Source: Naegleria gruberi (Eukaryota). From it: a stretch of 9,141 nt of DNA. This document shows positions 7,830 through 9,141 of this stretch, one piece after another. Made by a program: the position numbers and the translations under genes. Positions within the stretch are counted from its first letter, which is position 1. Every line of letters begins with the position of its first letter. The stretch lies in the NCBI GenBank assembly GCA_000004985.1, contig GG739045.1. The stretch is one strand, 5' to 3'. The notes below the pieces were generated by a model that was not told the DNA's origin, made no database searches, and saw only the letters and a list, made by a program, of their open reading frames with translations.

Positions 7830-7901
7830 AGCAAATTGGCGCAGCGGAAGCGCGATGGGCTCATAACCCATAGGTCCTAGGATCGAAACCTAGATTTGCT
7901 A
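7830..7901 (+). tRNA. Initiator tRNA-Met (anticodon CAT), eukaryotic cytoplasmic type
   Basis: Cloverleaf: acceptor AGCAAAT/ATTTGCT with an A1:U72 pair. D stem GCGC/GCGC with loop AGCGGAA. Anticodon stem ATGGG/CCCAT with three G-C pairs. Loop CTCATAA. T stem CTAGG/CCTAG with T loop ATCGAAA (A54 and A60 instead of TΨC). These are all hallmarks of eukaryotic tRNAi-Met. A box TGGCGCAGCGG and B box GGATCGAAACC are present. A T7 terminator follows 4 nt downstream. Confidence 0.9.
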
Positions 7902-7905
7902 ACTA

Positions 7906-7912
7906 TTTTTTT
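7906..7912 (+). terminator. Pol III oligo-T terminator of tRNAi-Met
   Basis: TTTTTTT. Confidence 0.7.
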
Positions 7913-7914
7913 AG

Positions 7915-7920
7915 TTTATT
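7915..7920 (-). promoter_or_regulatory. AATAAA polyadenylation signal of the cathepsin B-like gene. It lies next to, and on the complement of, the tRNA terminator region
   Basis: The minus strand reads caaaataaacta, about 97 nt after the stop at 8017-8019. Confidence 0.4.
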
Positions 7921-8016
7921 TTGTTATTTACAATTCCAACTCAATTTTGTTGGAATTACTGTTTCTGAAAGATCGATAGATCTGTCATATATATTTGGGG
8001 GTTTGAACTGTTCAAA

Positions 8017-8227
8017 TTAATAGACAGCTTCTCCAGCATAAACTTGATTCTCAATTCCACCCTCTCCTTGAGCAATTTTGAAATATCCAGACATTCCCCA
8101 ATTTGCGCCCCATGAATTGGCAGCTAACCAATAATTAGAACCTCCCTCAACTCCAAATCCAATTAAGGCAACAGCATGTCCACCAAGAACTGTGCTTACA
8201 ACGTGTTTATAGACACCAGACTTGTAA
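8017..8227 (-). CDS. Cathepsin B-like cysteine protease (papain family C1), last exon: (G)[69 protein letters not shown]
   Basis: Contains the catalytic His (GGHAV) and Asn (ANSWG) motifs and aligns with human CTSB [25 protein letters not shown]...ANSWNTDWG. The intron is 42 nt (8228-8269), with donor GTGAGT and acceptor ttttctAG. Confidence 0.85.
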
Positions 8228-8269
8228 CTAGAAAAACATGTTAGAATATATGAAACAAATTAAACTCAC

Positions 8270-8641
8270 CCTGTAAGATCTCTGTAGACTGTGAAACCAG
8301 CCTGAACGCTGCCATATGTCATGATTGCAGTCTTGATATTATTGATACCTGTAATGTAACGAGTATTTTTGGCCTTATACTTGCTCATGGACATGGAAGC
8401 AATCTTGCATTGAGTTGGACAAGTACCAGAGGAGAAGGTTCCTCTTCCACTAGCATATGGAATACAAGTATCGAGAGGTGTTCCAGTATTTTCCAAAAAT
8501 GTCCAAGAATATTTCAAATAACCTCCTTGACAGGCCTTATTCATTGTATCGCATTGTACTTGATATTCTGGTGAGAGGACAACATTGGTTTGACCATTGG
8601 TGGCAATGCACAATCTATGAGCCAATACATAATTTGCAGAA
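8270..8641 (-). CDS. Cathepsin B-like protease, middle exon: (F)SANYVLAHRLCIATNGQTNVVLSPEYQVQCDTMNKACQGGYLKYSWTFLENTGTPLDTCIPYASGRGTFSSGTCPTQC...FTVYRDLT
   Basis: Aligns with CTSB ...ISDRICIHTN...CCGSMCGDGCNGGYP...[12 protein letters not shown]...C. Phases close exactly: exon 1 leaves tt, which with t8641 gives Phe to complete CGACWAF. The intron is 84 nt (8642-8725), with donor GTAAGT and acceptor tatgatAG. Confidence 0.8.
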
Positions 8642-8725
8642 CTATCATAATATTACCAAAAAAAGGAAAATTGTGTCGAATGAAATTATAAGTTGAAATT
8701 AATAAAATCAAATTGTAAAACTTAC

Positions 8726-9141
8726 AAAGCCCAACAAGCACCACATGTTTGTTGATCTCTAATTGCTGGAACACAACCTCTCCATTGAGTTCTTGCATCA
8801 AAATTCATGGGTATATCCATTCTAGTTTCAATATTTTCCATTCTTGGAGTGTCTTCATCAGTGCTCATCAATGAAAGACCAAATAGATTATCTCTAAGTT
8901 GTGAAATGGTCATGTTATCAAATCTAGAGTATTCAGTTGCCTTCCATCCATGAGTATGATTGGAATTAATTCTGTCAATCAAAGATTTGTCATTGACAGG
9001 AGTGTTGGCATGAGTGTGGTTGGCAATTGGATGAGTTGGATGAACAGGATGAGTGCTATTGTGCTTTGGTGGTAATGGTTTCTTTTTGTTTCCTTTGGAA
9101 AGTTCAATTGGAGTGACCATTTCAAAAAAACCAAACAGACA
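8726..9141 (-). CDS. Cathepsin B-like protease, first visible exon (5'-partial; frame is open to the window edge): ..CLFGFFEMVTPIELSKGNKKKPLPPKHNSTHPVHPTHPIANHTHANTPVND KSLIDRINSNHTHGWKATEYSRFDNMTISQLRDNLF...MNFDARTQWRGCVPAIRDQQTCGACWA
   Basis: The catalytic Cys motif QQTCGACWAF aligns with the C1 family QGSCGSCWAF. The propeptide KSLIDRINSNHTHGWKA aligns with CTSB LSDELVNYVNKRNTTWQAG. In-frame codons upstream of the first ATG (CLFGFFE) are open to position 9141. This suggests a signal peptide that starts beyond the window. Confidence 0.8.

Noticed and set aside
8457-8801. ORFs 8457..8696 (+) and 8541..8801 (-) in the cathepsin locus
   Set aside because: The first is antisense to cathepsin exon 2. 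The second is an alternative frame running across intron 1. Neither has homology, while the exon model closes with exact phase.
1-9141. Prokaryotic defence or mobile systems (CRISPR arrays, toxin-antitoxin, IS elements, operons with RBS)
   Set aside because: The window is eukaryotic. It has spliceosomal introns, AATAAA signals, Pol III genes with oligo-T terminators and a eukaryote-specific initiator tRNA. There are no direct-repeat arrays or terminal inverted repeats.

Overview
This is eukaryotic nuclear DNA, not prokaryotic. It is AT-rich, contains two runs of N (assembly gaps at 2335-3221 and 5238-6470), and has short spliceosomal introns of 42-84 nt with GTRAGT donors and YAG acceptors. 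A 5S rRNA closely resembles metazoan, apparently nematode-type, 5S. Together with a eukaryotic initiator tRNA-Met and the tiny introns, this points to an AT-rich nematode-like genome. No SL1 spliced-leader gene is visible.

Content in order (+ strand unless marked -):
- 5S rRNA gene, 107-224, with an oligo-T terminator.
- PIG-P/DPM2-like small membrane protein (-), 1838-2204, broken by a frame discontinuity.
- Gap 1.
- A 2-exon-plus gene of unknown function (-), 3222-3536, running into the gap.
- A codon-biased 88-aa single-transmembrane protein (-), 3852-4118.
- A long novel ORF, 4597-5237, interrupted by gap 2, with a possible C-terminal piece at 6471-6606.
- An intronless class IV (SIRT6-like) sirtuin (-), 6757-7596. 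By my alignment it lacks the segment between the QNxDxLH motif and the catalytic His.
- Initiator tRNA-Met, 7830-7901.
- A three-exon cathepsin B-like cysteine protease (-), 8017-9141. It is 5'-partial, has a His/Pro-rich insertion in the pro-region and a shortened occluding loop without the His-His pair.

The genes are tightly packed, with AATAAA signals within 0-100 nt of stop codons. There are no prokaryotic systems (CRISPR, operons, IS elements).
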